Source of the DNA: Eledone cirrhosa | Taxonomy: Eukaryota | NCBI GenBank assembly: GCA_964016885.1 | Contig: OZ024744.1 | Span: 79,112,001-79,176,000 of the forward strand | Direction: 5' to 3' | DNA length: 64,000 nt | Shown here: positions 50,988 through 62,764 of the stretch, one piece after another | Layout of the letters: each line of letters opens with the position of its first letter | Position numbering within the stretch: position 1 is the first letter of the stretch | Made by a program: the position numbers and the translations under genes | Notes under the pieces: generated by a model | The model's database searches: none | What the model was told of the DNA's origin: nothing | The model's input: the letters and a program-made list of their open reading frames with translations, nothing else

Positions 50988-51447
50988 GTAAGTCACATTT
51001 ACTTCATATCACATTATTAAAATTACTATTATCCCTTTTTTTTAACCCTTTTGATATCAAATCATCTAAAACTATCCTTGGTTCTAAGATACCAAACTGT
51101 TTATTTAAAAATGTTTATATTTATCTATAAACCTTCTATTATTATTTTATGTAAGAACCTTTTTTTAAGTGATGTTCCAAACATCAGTTTATTAATGAGT
51201 AAGTTTGTTATATTTCTGACTCTCTTCAAATTCTCTACAATTTTCAAAATTATTGATGCTATAATGTAGATAGTATGCATTGTATGACACAGACAACTGA
51301 CCACTTTAAACAAATATCATTTGTGTAGATTGTTTGGTAAATCAACTGTGTGCATTGGCATCTTGTGTATCTTTTAAAAAAATATAGTTTGAAAAGTCAT
51401 ACCTCAATATTTTCCAAACCCTCATCTGTTGTTTAGATGGGAGTTTT

Positions 51448-51498
<51 letters not shown>

Positions 51499-51589
51499 AT
51501 ACTTGTGGAAATCAAGTTGAAAGAGCTGGGCTTGTTGTTGGGATTCTACCTCCTCAATATATATATATATTAATCAGTATGTACTGAGG

Positions 51590-51870
51590 ATGAAGAACTC
51601 AGTGCTGTACAGGTAGGAGCCTCCCAAAATTCAATTCAAAAGTGACGCAGAAGAAACTGAGGTTAGCTGGATATGCTCACTGACATTCAGAGTTGACACT
51701 ACACTCAGTGGTCCTGTGGGAGCCCTACACGGACACACTGGAAGAGGGAGACCGAGGTTGACATATGTTGATGCCCTAAGGACAGACACTGGTATATGGG
51801 AGATGCAGGACATAACAGTGATGATAAATGATAGACACCACTGGAGAGAACTTGTCCATGGATCTCGAGA
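51590..51870 (+). mobile_element. RTE-like LINE C-terminal fragment
   Basis: RKLRLAGYAH...VVLWEP..H..RGRPRLTYVDAL with a stop and frameshift. Confidence 0.6.
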
Positions 51871-52414
51871 ATTATACTCACCCTAGATAGATAGGTATAT
51901 ATAATATTGGGTATGGATTGAAGTTGCAGCCGCCAATATATATCACACACATTGTCTGCTAATAAAATGTATACATACTTCAAGAAAAGAAAAATTTGTT
52001 TAAAAATGTTAATACTAAATTCACTACAGTACGCAGTGTTATCATAATTTGATTAAACTTCGAAAGAGGTATTTAAACAAATTAAATATTTATACAAGTT
52101 TTTCTTTTCCTGAAGTCTCTATACATATTTTTGGCAGACTCTGTATATGACAATATGTAAATGTATATTTTATAAGAAGAATGCTTAACCCTTTAGCATT
52201 TACATTACTCTATATTTATAATTGTATTTTCATGGTAAAAGCTTTACCTTTATCTATTAGATTTTGATGTTATTTATTTTGCAAACATTACCTTAACATC
52301 AGTATGAGCGGCCAGTTACGGTCGGTTTGAACAGAAAGAGGTGAGAGAATTCTGGCTGGATACAGCCGGTTTAAACGCTAATGGGTTAAAACTGATTCTT
52401 TCTTCATATTTCAG

Positions 52415-52562
52415 GAATGCTTGAGTATTGGCTGTCTTCCTCAGTCCCGTTTCTTGTTAGCATGTATAGGTATACTAATGTCTCAACACCAACCTAACAG
52501 TCTTAGTATGCTTCTCAACTCTGGCCTATTGGGACTTACTCAATCTATCCTCAGATTAACTG
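52415..52562 (+). CDS. HERC2: HERC2 exon (absent from ORF track)
   Basis: ttcag|GAA...ACT G|gtaagc; LPQSRFLL...LLNSGLLGLTQSILRL. Confidence 0.94.
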
Positions 52563-52619
52563 GTAAGCTATTTGATTCACTTTCTTATTAAATCTTTTTT
52601 TTTTTAAATGCAATATCTT

Positions 52620-52832
52620 AAAGAATTCAAAGTTTTGAAAGCCACAACAATGTGAAATGGACGAATAAACAAACAAGTCGGATAAAACAAGATGTGTTTT
52701 TACATGATATTTCAAGATTAAAATCTGTTCTTCCGAGGAGAATAAAATAAGGTAAAAACATCTTGTTTCATCTGACTTGTTTGTTTATTCATCCATTTCA
52801 CATTATTGTGGCTTTCAAATTTCAAATTCTTT
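52620..52832. repeat. Foldback/MITE, ~85-bp arms
   Basis: aaagaattc...ttgaaagccacaacaatgtgaaatgga versus tccatttcacattattgtggctttcaa...aattcttt. Confidence 0.8.
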
Positions 52833-53101
52833 ATACCATATACCATGCTTCAAGTAAACTACAAATTCCTCCTATGCAATATCTTGTTTTTTCCTGCCTC
52901 TCTTTTATACTTGTTTTCTATCTCTTTAGCATGTTCATACAGTTAAAAATACATTTGTATGTGTGGGTGTGTGTGTGTGTGTGTTTGTGTACCTATGCAT
53001 ATGTTTATGTGTGTTTGTGTGCATATGTATATGTTTGATTGTGTGTGTGTGTGTGTATATGTATATGTTTGATTGTGTGTGTTTGTGCATATGCATGCAT
53101 T

Positions 53102-53132
<31 letters not shown>

Positions 53133-53419
53133 TTGTGCATGCAGATGCGTTTGTGCATGTGTGAGTACATGTATGTATATTTTGTGCATGTGTGTGTGTC
53201 TGCATATATTTGTGTGTATGTTGATGTATATATTTGTGTGTGAAAGTGTGTGCTTATGCATATATTTCTGCATGTATGTGTGTGCCTATGCATATATTTG
53301 TGTGTGTATGTATAATGTAGTTATGTATATATTTGTGTCTGTTATATTTGTGTGTGTGTATGAATGTATGAAACCATAGGGCCATGAGAAAAATTGCAGG
53401 CTGTACAAAAGGTAAGCAA

Positions 53420-53780
53420 CACTATACTGCTATACTATACATTGTAACTATACTATGACACATACTACACAACAATATAGTAATATTTTACTATGACATA
53501 TGCTATAAACAATAATATAGTGCTACTATGCTATGACATACTATAAACAATATAGTGCTACTATGCTATGACATATACTATAAACAATAATATACTACTA
53601 CTATACTATGACACATACTATAAACAACTATATACTATTATACTATGACACATACTATAAACAACTATATACTATTATACTATGACGCATACTATAAACA
53701 ACTATATACTATTATACTCTGCATACTATAAACAATATAGTAATACTATACTATGACTCATAATATAAACAACAATAGAA
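53420..53780. repeat. Degenerate ~35-40-bp tandem repeat
   Basis: Recurring ctatactatgacacatactataaacaactata. Confidence 0.8.
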
Positions 53781-53995
53781 TGGGTTCTGATTTGGAGGGT
53801 GGAGAAATTCGATTAACTCGACCCCAGTGCATTACTGGTACTTTATTTTATCAACCCCGTAAGGATGAAAGGCAAAGTTAACCTCGGCGGGATTTGAACT
53901 CAGAATGTTGAAAAGCATGGTGTCCAACGCTTTACTGATATTGCCAATCCACCACCCTTATAAAAAATATAATAATAATATATTATGATGATGAT

Positions 53996-55796
53996 CACAC
54001 AAGCCAGATCACTGACGATCCCAAAGAATGCGCAGAACTCATTGCTGAGTGCTATGCAAGCATTTTTACTGTTAAAAACCAGAATGTACCATCTCTACCA
54101 TCTCTAACATCAAATTCCATAACAACTATGGAATTTACACCTGCAATGTTGCAACGTCACCTTAAGAATAAGCACAACTATGCCTCCCCTGATCTTGATG
54201 GTGTTACATACCTGCTTCTCAAACATGGCGGGTACTTCTTTTTGCACCAGTTTTCTTTCTTCTTTCAATACTGTCTCAACAATGGTGCTACTCCTGAGCA
54301 GTGGAAAACTGCCAGTGTCATTCCCCTGTTCAAAAAGGGTGACCGCATATTACCTGTCAACTATCGTCCAGTCAGTCTTACTAGCTGTATTGCCAAACTG
54401 ATGGAATCCTGCGTGAGAGAAACACTTTGGAACTTCTGGAGCTCTCACAGCCTTATCCAGCCCTCGCAATTTGGATTTTCCCTAACTCCAGCTGCTGTGA
54501 TCAGCTTATCGAGTTCCTTGAATACATTACCCAGATCACTGATAGCGGCTCATGGGTGGATGTTGTTTACCTTGACTTCGCTAAGGCTTTTAATTCTGTG
54601 CCACACAAAAGACCTATGGCGAAACTCTCTGCAATGGGTGTGAAGGATGATTTTTTTAACTGGTTGAAATCCTTCATTCTCAGCCGAAAAGAGGTAGTCA
54701 CAGTTCTCGGACAGCATTCTTCACCATATGAGATGTCATCTGGTGTACCACAGGGATCTGTTCTTGGTCCCCTTTTGTTTGTTGCATACATTAATGACAT
54801 AGATGCCAACTTAAATAATGCCACAGTACTGAAATATGCAGAAGACATCAAGCTGTACCTTGAAATCAAAAGGACAGATCCTGAAATCTATAACTCTTTC
54901 CTACAATCAGACTTGGATACAATGCAGCAATGGATTACAGACTGGCAACTGAAGCTGGCTGTGGACAAGTGTACCACCATGCATTTTGGGAGGAAAAATC
55001 CAGCGTCCACATACTCCCTCCACAACACTGATATCAAGAAGTCCTCTTGTGAACGTGACCTGGGGATTACTGTCAGCAGCGATTTGCGTTGGACAAAGCA
55101 TGTCTCTAAGATTGTCAAGAAAGTTGAGGGTGTCTTGGCATCACTCAGCAAGACCTTTGTTAGCCGCTCTCCAGCCATCTATTTAAAGCTGTATACAGCT
55201 ATGGTATGACCACACTTGGAATTTGCATCAACAGTCTGGAACCCCTATCTTGCTCAGAACATTGACCTCCTTAAACTGTTCAGAGATGTGCAACCAAGCG
55301 CATACCCTCCATCAGACACCTACCATACTCTGAACGCCTTGCTTCCCTGGGCATGGATTCATTGAAGTTCCGACATCTGGCAATGGACTTGGTAAACACC
55401 CACAAGTTATTAACCATCTCGCCAACAACAACCCTGAGCACCTTTTTGATCTCCATGTGTCTAACACACTTGGACATGCCTACAAAGTCAGAAAACAGCA
55501 CAGCTCCCATGACTTTCGGAAACATTCTTTCACTCTTAGAGTTGCTGAAGCATGGAACAAACTACCTGTGTCAGTTGTTAGCTGCCGAGACATTGCATCC
55601 TTTAAAACCCTCATGCTTCCCGAAATTTGCCAAAACTACACCTGATTTCCCCCTTCCATACGCATGCACACGTGTATATCATGACTCATGCACTGTTCAT
55701 TTTCCTGACGTTTGATACACTTTTGATGAGTTGTAGTGCACCTGAGCACTGTACACAATATTTTCATTAATATTATTATTATTATTATTATTATTA
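53996..55796 (+). mobile_element. 5'-truncated CR1 copy, same family as 37022-40200
   Basis: Near-identical RT (YAED variant, frameshifts), (ATT)n tail. Confidence 0.95.
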
Positions 55797-56036
55797 TGAT
55801 GATGATGGCTTCTCCATTGGTTTTGAAGATCATTCATAAATTAACATCTAAGTGATTTAGTATTGCACAGACTTGTGTACCACTACTATAGTCCATCTGA
55901 CAGGTTTCCACACAGTTTCCATTCAATACATAAAAATGTTGTTGACATCTAATGGACATATTCTGAAGTAAATAACTATGTATATAGCAATGTCTGAAAG
56001 TATCAATAATATTGTTGATTTTACTTTTTTGCCCAG

Positions 56037-56212
56037 GACGTGACCCTAATGGACCTATTCCTGACAATACCAGTGTGATGTGTGCTGTCTTGGAGGAACA
56101 CAAGGCTAAGAAGCAGACACCGCCAGTCCCTATTTCTGGTCCAGAACTTGCTGCAATGATGAAAACTGGAACAAGGGTCGTGCGAGGGGCAGACTGGAAG
56201 TGGGGGGAGCAG
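56037..56212 (+). CDS. HERC2: HERC2 exon (MIB/HERC2 domain start)
   Basis: cccag|GA...CAG|gtacgt; SGPELAAMMKTGTRVVRGADWKWGEQ. Confidence 0.97.
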
Positions 56213-56745
56213 GTACGTGTTTAGTCCTCCACATTTTCTTCATCATCATCCTCATCCCCATCCTCATTTACAGTGCGTACTGGGTGCTTTTTGTCATGAC
56301 ACCTAAACGACCACTTTACAGTGTGGACTGGATGCTATTTGTTATGACACCTACACGAACACTCTACAGTTGGGCTGGGCACTTTTTGTTGTGACACAAC
56401 TACACAACTACTTTACAGTGTGATGCCAAAGTATTATTGTGATGCCAAGTATTATTCAAGTTTAAGTTTATCATTAAAACTCTTAATTCTTTATATTATA
56501 TGATGTTATGTTTACTCTGTGATGAGCTCAGCCAACATGGAAGTACCACGGTGATAGTGTTGATTTGTTCACTGCTAGTTAAGTGACTGCTTGTCTTACC
56601 AGTGACAGTCATATGATATGACTGGAGATAGACAATTGCAGTTTGTCCTATTAGACATTTCAAGCAGGAAGAAGAAGAAAAAGAGGAGGAGGGGGAGAAT
56701 AATAATATTTTTATTTCAATCTTTATTTCAATAAAATCAATAGAT

Positions 56746-57504
56746 ATGTATTCGTGAGTGAATAATAATAATCTTAACTATAATAAAGGAAGGTCTGCGG
56801 GATTGCGTCCAGAATATAATTTTTTACCCCGTTTGTAAAATAAGTTGGATTACTTTGAATAAATAATGAATGACTATTACATAATTTATGTGCTAAATTT
56901 CGTGGCTGTTGATTAAATATATTTTATAGCTTATTTAAAGACCTTTAAAATTCAATTCTTTAAAATTATCAAATGTCAACACTTCCGGTTAGCGGCCGTT
57001 ATATTATAACACTTATAATCGCATATATTTCCGTCGCTAATTTTCTCCTAATGCAGTTTATATATAATGTCGTCTTTTTTTAATATATCATGGATTACTG
57101 ATTACAGAAGACAGTGTAACATAGGCTTTGTTCAATTTCTGTGTATATTGTCAATTACGATTTTATTTGATGTATCATATCTACATGCATATATATTCTG
57201 TCCAAACCCATGCTAGCGTGGAAGATGGACGTTAAACGATGATGATGATGATGATGATGATTTGTGTATAATATCAATATACATACCATACATGCTAGCA
57301 GAAAACCACCCGTATTATTAATATTCAGTTTGTTTACAAGTAAACAGCCTCAATAAAACACCACATGGTAGATGATGACTTCATCTTTTTGACATGTCAT
57401 CTACCACGTGGTGTGAATGAGGTTGTTTACTTGTAAACAAACCAAATATTAATTATATATTATGATGTTATTATTATATTATCATTATTCACTCATAAAT
57501 ACAT
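56746..57504. mobile_element. Palindromic MITE interrupted by Helitron-like element B (56772-57312)
   Basis: Outer atgtattcgtgagtgaataat / attattcactcataaatacat; inner arms 57316-57452; half copy at about 31533-31615. Confidence 0.65.
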
Positions 57505-57601
57505 TTAGGTATCTACCATGTTAAGAAAAAAAACAAATTTTTCAATAAAATTAATAATAAAAAAATTAATTAATTTTTTTTTTTTTTCATTTTAATTATA
57601 G

Positions 57602-57791
57602 GATGGGCCCCTTCCTAGTGTGGGCCGGGTAATCTGTGAATTGGGAGAAGATGGCTGGATACGTGTCCAGTGGGACACAGGCAGCACAAACAGCTATAGG
57701 ATGGGCAAAGAAGGCATGTATGACCTAAAATTGGCACAACCACCACAGATGCCTGACAACGATGAAGATGACGAAGAGGAGGTAGATACAG
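57602..57791 (+). CDS. HERC2: HERC2 exon (MIB/HERC2 domain)
   Basis: tatag|GAT...ACA G|gtgagc; [33 protein letters not shown]. Confidence 0.97.
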
Positions 57792-57814
57792 GTGAGCTTA
57801 TTTATTTTTTTTTT

Positions 57815-58155
57815 AAATAATAATAATAATGATAATGAAATTATTGTGTACAGTGCTCAGGTGCACTGCAACTCATCAAAGGTGCATGTATAGTACATAG
57901 AATAATTGTTTCTACTTTTGGCACAAGGCCAGCAATTATCTCAGTGCATTACTGGTACTTTATTTTATCGTAAGGATGAAAGGCACAGTTAACCTTGGCA
58001 GGATTTGAACTCAGAATGTAAGGGGCCATAACTCTATGCTGCAAAGCATGGTATCTGATGCTCTACCAATACTGCTATTCAACTGCCTTTAGTACATAGA
58101 ATAATGTACAAATGTCAGGAAAGTGAACAGTGTATGAGTCATGATATACACACAC
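57815..58155 (-). mobile_element. CR1 3' UTR with nested SINE (57907-58089)
   Basis: 16-bp TSD tagtacatagaataat (57891-57906 / 58090-58105). Confidence 0.85.
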
Positions 58156-58188
58156 ATAGATATTTTAGTTTTTTCAAATTTTTATGAA

Positions 58189-58814
58189 CTAGAATTTTTT
58201 TCAACACGCTGACGCGTGTGTGTGTATATGTCTGTCTGTATGTGTATATGCATACATTTATATGTATGAGTGTATTATAAATATAAACACGCAAACACAG
58301 ACACACTTACAAACATTCACACACACACACACACATACATTCATACAAACATACATACATACATTCGCACACACATACGCTTACAATGCAATTCTGTCAC
58401 AACACAAAGAGAGAGGAGTAGTTTGACTACCTCATACTACTCCTCTTTCCTTACATTTGCTGCCTGCATGAAAGGCGTAAAGAGAGAGGAGTAGTATGAG
58501 ATAGTCAAACTACTCTTCTCTCTTTACGTGTTGTGACAGAATCGCTGAAATTCATATATAGATGAGTAAATAAATATAAATGTGCAAACACACACACACA
58601 CTTACAAAAATACGCACTCACAGACATACATTCACACAAACACACACACATACATTCACACAAACACTCACATAGAGCATAGCAAATGGAACACCAGCCA
58701 CTATTTTGCTATAGTTTTTTCACCATCCCCTTCCTTCCTTTTACACACACATACATTCACACAAACACACACACATTGTGTGATGGATGGAAGTTGCTCA
58801 AATTGATATATAGA
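58189..58814 (-). mobile_element. Helitron-like element A with nested palindromic insert (58392-58542)
   Basis: Minus strand A^TC start, CACGC-GTCA-GCGTG hairpin about 11 nt before CTAG^T; no TSD. Confidence 0.75.
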
Positions 58815-58960
58815 TGGACTTCATCATCATCTTCATCCATCCATGTCATTTCCAGCAGTATATCTATTTCTACCACTACCACCATTATTACAACTATAAT
58901 CACCATTATCATCAACATTGTTTCAGCATATTTCTCCTTATTAGCATATGTCTGAATCCT

Positions 58961-59555
58961 GCGAGTTGCATGGTTTAGTAGTTAGAGAGTGGGATTCGCA
59001 AACGTGGCTTAGTGGTTAGAGCATTGGCCTTGCAATCGAAAGGTTGTGAGTTCAATTCTCAGACCGAGTGATGTGTTGTTTCCTTGAGCAAGACACTTTA
59101 TTTCACATTGCTCGAGTTTACTCAGCTGTAGAAATGAGATGATAGGGACTGGGGGTCCCTATCATTCCACTGCAAAGTGGTCGTGGAGGTGCCACGGCAA
59201 AAAAGCACCCAGCACTCACTGTAAATGAGGTTGGTGTTAGGAAGGGCATCCAGCTGTAGAAATCAAGCCAGAATCAGTTCCAGTCCCACCCTTGCAAGCA
59301 GGGAAAAAGGGGACGTAAAGTGATGATGATGATGATGATGAGGTTGCGAGTTCAATTCTCGGGCCAGGTGATGTGTTATGTCATTGAGCAAGACATTTAT
59401 TTCACATTGCTCCTTCTGCCAGGAAAGTTGTAACCGGTAGATAGTGTCAGCAACGAAAAGAACAATGGAAACATTGTTTCCTTGGTCCAATTTGACGAGG
59501 TCCACCCCACTTGGCAAGTGAATGAGGTCTGGGATCTTGTCGATTGATCAGAGCA
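58961..59555 (+). mobile_element. SINE nested within a SINE
   Basis: Copy of the 2206 family (about 59002-59339) splits the tRNA head of a 9006-family copy. Confidence 0.8.
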
Positions 59556-59659
59556 AGTCCTCCGATACAAGCTTAATCTTATTTTTCAAACTTGATATTA
59601 TCAGATCTTTCCTAACAAATTCTTCCAGCATTTTCCTTCAAATGGTAATATCCATTGTC

Positions 59660-59690
<31 letters not shown>

Positions 59691-60068
59691 GAGTGCTAAG
59701 AACTGAACCCTGATGGATCTGCTTGCTAAATTCCTCACTGAGCTTGTTGCTAATTCACACCTTGCTAACAACATATTCGTACATGGTTTACATGACTCAC
59801 ATAAGCCTTTCTTCTACCCCAGTTTTCTGGGTTACCATGGCACTATAGAGAATGGTGCCCTGTCAAAGACATTCTTTAAGTTAATGAATGCTAGGAATTG
59901 TGGTTTCTTCTTGGCTAAGTACTCATGGGAAGGCAGATATATATAAACATTTTAAGATAAACAGTTTTTTTTTGTTTTTTTCTTTTTGTAGTAGAACCAG
60001 GGGCAGTTTCGGGCAGTTTGGTTTCAAAAAAAGTTAATCACAATTTATGTTTCTTGCTATTTCTTCAG

Positions 60069-60251
60069 GTGAACCCTCTCAACAGAAGAGCAAACATCCA
60101 ACAGCTTTCATTCGGCAAGGCACAGTCTCTTTGCTGCGAGTGCTTTGTCTCTGTGCCAGCATAAATGCTGAAAACACACAAAAGGAAGCAATCAGCAATC
60201 TTTGCGGATTGATCTGCACAATAGTTCATCAAACGGTTCATAATACACCAG
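60069..60251 (+). CDS. HERC2: HERC2 exon
   Basis: ttcag|GT...CCA G|gtattg; HPTAF...LLRVLCL...LCGLI. Confidence 0.93.
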
Positions 60252-60847
60252 GTATTGTATTTTCTTTTTAATTTTTTCACTTTAACCCTTTAGCATTTAA
60301 ACTGGCCATATCCGCCAGAATTCTCTCACCTCTTTCTATTCAAACTGGCTGTAACTGGCCACTCATACTGTATTGTTCTCAAAATAAATAACATAAAAAT
60401 CTCGTAGATTTGATATCATGTGAGATAATTGTGTGAGATAAAGCTTTAGCACAAAAATACAATAGTATATATAGAGTAATGTAAATGCTGAGGGGTTAAA
60501 CATTAGTTTGTGGCTATGCTGGAGCATTTAGTTGATTATATCAACCATAGTACTTATTGTTTTCAAGTCCGGTTCTTATTTTATTGATCTGTTTTTGTTG
60601 AACCACTAATTAACTGGACATAAACAAACTGTAAATGTAAACACAGACATGCACTGACACTTGTACACACATAAACACGCACACATACGTATTTATATAG
60701 ATAACAGCCTTCCACAAAGTTTGTCTACTAAATTTCAGTGAGAAGGTATTAGTCAACCTGAGTTTATATGTCATTCAGTCCTTTATTTGACTTCTTGGCA
60801 TCACCATCATCAACATTTTACATCTACTTTCCACATATCAGTTAAAA

Positions 60848-61393
60848 CTTTTCTCCAAACTTTTTTATACCACAGACCGGCTTCATGCCAGACAATCTTC
60901 CTGCGGACCGGTAGTTACACGTGTTATTTAAGTGTATTTCAATAAAGAGAGCAATAATAAAAAGAGCAATTTATTAAAGGGAAGAAGTGTATAATCTTTT
61001 GACTCTCGTGTCTGGGCTCCAACCTGACCACATATGTAAAATGTACTTACAGTTATGATAGATAGTAAAGGTAGACGTAAAATATACATTGATTATAAAA
61101 TGTACTTACAGTTATGATAGATAGTAAAGGTAGACGTAAAATATACATTGATTATAAAATGTACTTACAGTTATGATAGATAGTAAAGGTAGACGTAAAA
61201 TATACATTGATGTACTTACACTTATGATAGATAGTATTAAGTATGAATATTTAAACATATCTTTTTAAATTAAAGTCCAATATTCAATTTATCTATTATA
61301 TCATTTTAAACAAGTTAATTATTTCTTTGTGGCCCGGTAACAAATGATGTACGGACTGGTACCGGTTCGCAGCCTGGTGGTTGGGGACCTCTG
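60848..61393 (-). mobile_element. hAT element, same family as 15575-15996, with an internal 60-bp triplication
   Basis: Perfect 8-bp TSD agttaaaa (60840-60847 / 61394-61401). Confidence 0.85.
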
Positions 61394-62216
61394 AGTTAAA
61401 AGATATCCAGCTAAACAGATTTGTCAGTTTATGAACACTATTACCTCAATACAATGTTGAACAGCATGCATAATTTACACATCAATCCGCATTTAGTGCA
61501 GGTGGCAGGATCTTGAACAGAGTAGGCTGGAATGCCTGACTGGCCTCTGGTGTCAGATTTTATCTCACAGAGGTGGGCTATATATATATATATATATATA
61601 TATAAACTCTACATATTTATCACTTGCCAGTGTGGAAAAAAAAAACGACCTAAGACCCAGGCTCAGTTTTTTAACAAAAACCAGTCCCCACATACAAATT
61701 TAACATGACATTAACATGATTTAGTAGTAAAGAAGATATGTTGCAAATAGGCAGAGTTGTTAGAGCATCAGATAAAATTCCTTGCATTATTCATTCTGGC
61801 TCTCTGCACCAACTTTAAATCTTGCCATTTTAAAGTTTCTGTGTGATAAAGTGCCAATTCAGGTCAGAAGGCTGGCAGAATTTTTAGAGCATCAGTCAAG
61901 ATGCTTTGCAGCATCTGTTGTAGATTTTTGCATTCCAAATTCAATTTTCACCATGGAGTTAATCACTCAGCACCAAAGCTCCTTGTTTAACCCTTTTGCT
62001 GCCATATTTCTAATGAAAGACTCTGCTGATGGTTTTCAAGTTATATAGAATTTAGAGACATTTAGTACTATAACTCACTGGTGTTGGGGGACATAACTTA
62101 ACATGAAATTACATTAGAAGTTTTTAAAGTAAATATTAACATTTTAAAATAATTTTTTTATTGGTTGTTTGACCACTATTTTAATCTTTTCTCCCCTTAA
62201 TAATAATTTATTTCAG

Positions 62217-62407
62217 GCAATAATGCCACTTTGAAGCGTGTTTGTGAGGAACAGCATTTCAGTTGGTCTACTCTTGGATTCATCAGAAGTATAGCCTCTA
62301 GCCCAACAATCTGTCAGGCCCTCAGTACTCCGAGATGGATTGTCTTATTATTCAAATTGCTTTCTTCGGACCAAAGTTCTGATGTGCCAAAGAATGTCGT
62401 ACGACAG
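62217..62407 (+). CDS. HERC2: HERC2 exon
   Basis: ttcag|GC...CAG|gtaaat; EQHFSWSTLGFIRSIA...ALSTPRWI. Confidence 0.95.
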
Positions 62408-62764
62408 GTAAATTAAAATGTTACAGTTGTTTTTGTTTTTTTTTAATCATTCTTAAAAATTATTTGCTTTACATGTAACAGGCCACTAACTTAAATAGTT
62501 TTTCTATTTTTCACTTTATTGCTAGATATAGTAAAATATGTTTGTCAGTGGTTAAATATTATTATTTTGGTAGAAGTATTATAATAATAATGAAAACTAT
62601 TGTGTACAGTGCTCAGGTGCACTACAACTCATCAAAGGTTCATGCATAGTACATAGAAATATTAGGATGTAAAAAAAAAAAAAAATACCAGGTAACATGC
62701 AAATATCTTCGTTGTCTTCATTTAAACTAAATGTTATAGTTCATTGTACATTGTCTTAGCCTTC

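Larger units (their letters stand above)
6357..62407 (+). other. HERC2: HERC2 E3 ubiquitin ligase gene, internal portion (27 exons; 5' and 3' ends outside the window)
   Basis: Spliced translation is colinear with recalled human HERC2 (e.g. [80 protein letters not shown]); all introns are GT-AG with matching phases. Confidence 0.97.

Noticed and set aside
52763-53379. Long Cys/Val or His/Thr ORFs (also near 2013-2264, 30900-31196 and 58220-58955)
   Set aside because: (TG)n/(CA)n/(TA)n low-complexity artefacts
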